DNA of 43,677 nucleotides from a virus: IMG/VR virus record IMGVR_UViG_3300045988_057586, positions 1 to 43,677 of that record; one strand, 5' to 3'. Shown piece by piece: positions 43,587 to 43,677 of this stretch (position 1 is its first letter; each line of letters starts with the position of its first letter). The notes under the pieces were generated by a model. It saw only the letters and a program-made list of their open reading frames with translations, ran no database searches and was not told where the DNA came from. The position numbers and the translations under genes were made by a program.

Positions 43587-43677
43587 GTAACAGTGGTGGA
43601 TGGCTGTGTATCACTCCGTAACAAAACGGTAGTGTGGGCAAAGGCGTGTCTGTATCTCATGTATCAGTGTTGTAACA
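43579..43677. repeat. Direct terminal repeat, right copy (identical to 1..99)
   Basis: Exact 99-nt identity with the contig start. Confidence 0.9.

Overview
The window is a complete temperate phage genome. The first 99 nt are identical to the last 99 nt, so it closes to a unit length of 43,578 bp. GC content is fairly high, which suggests a Clostridia-type Firmicute host (low-confidence inference). The layout is modular. (1) A minus-strand lysogeny block at 284-1608 holds a cargo ORF, an ImmA-like protease and an XRE repressor, divergent from a Cro-like gene. (2) Early and replication genes run from 1.8 to 17 kb: a DUF2800 nuclease, a DUF2815 SSB, a family-A DNA polymerase, a VirE-type primase-helicase, a VRR-NUC nuclease and an SNF2 helicase. 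This block also holds a Myb-like protein, a truncated-looking N6-methylase-like gene and a tyrosine recombinase. (3) A DUF1492-like late regulator is followed by TerS, TerL, portal, a MuF protein, tRNA-Lys(UUU), scaffold and capsid. (4) A PBSX-like contractile tail module (XkdK to XkdX order) follows. (5) A XhlA-like protein, a holin and an amidase form the lysis cassette. (6) A minus-strand integrase closes the genome. The most unusual loci are these. A shufflon-like multi-site invertible region with its own tyrosine recombinase appears to swap the C-terminal tip of a tail-fibre protein (36.6-39.5 kb). A palindromic unit with convergent promoters encodes a 24-aa hydrophobic peptide and resembles a type I toxin-antitoxin, sitting just upstream of lysis (40.27-40.56 kb). 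A non-coding module of about 250 bp, rich in TGTATCA iterons, is present twice (29-278 and 15054-15327). The SNF2 gene is frame-broken inside its Walker A motif. All product calls come from motif recognition by eye and synteny; no searches were run.
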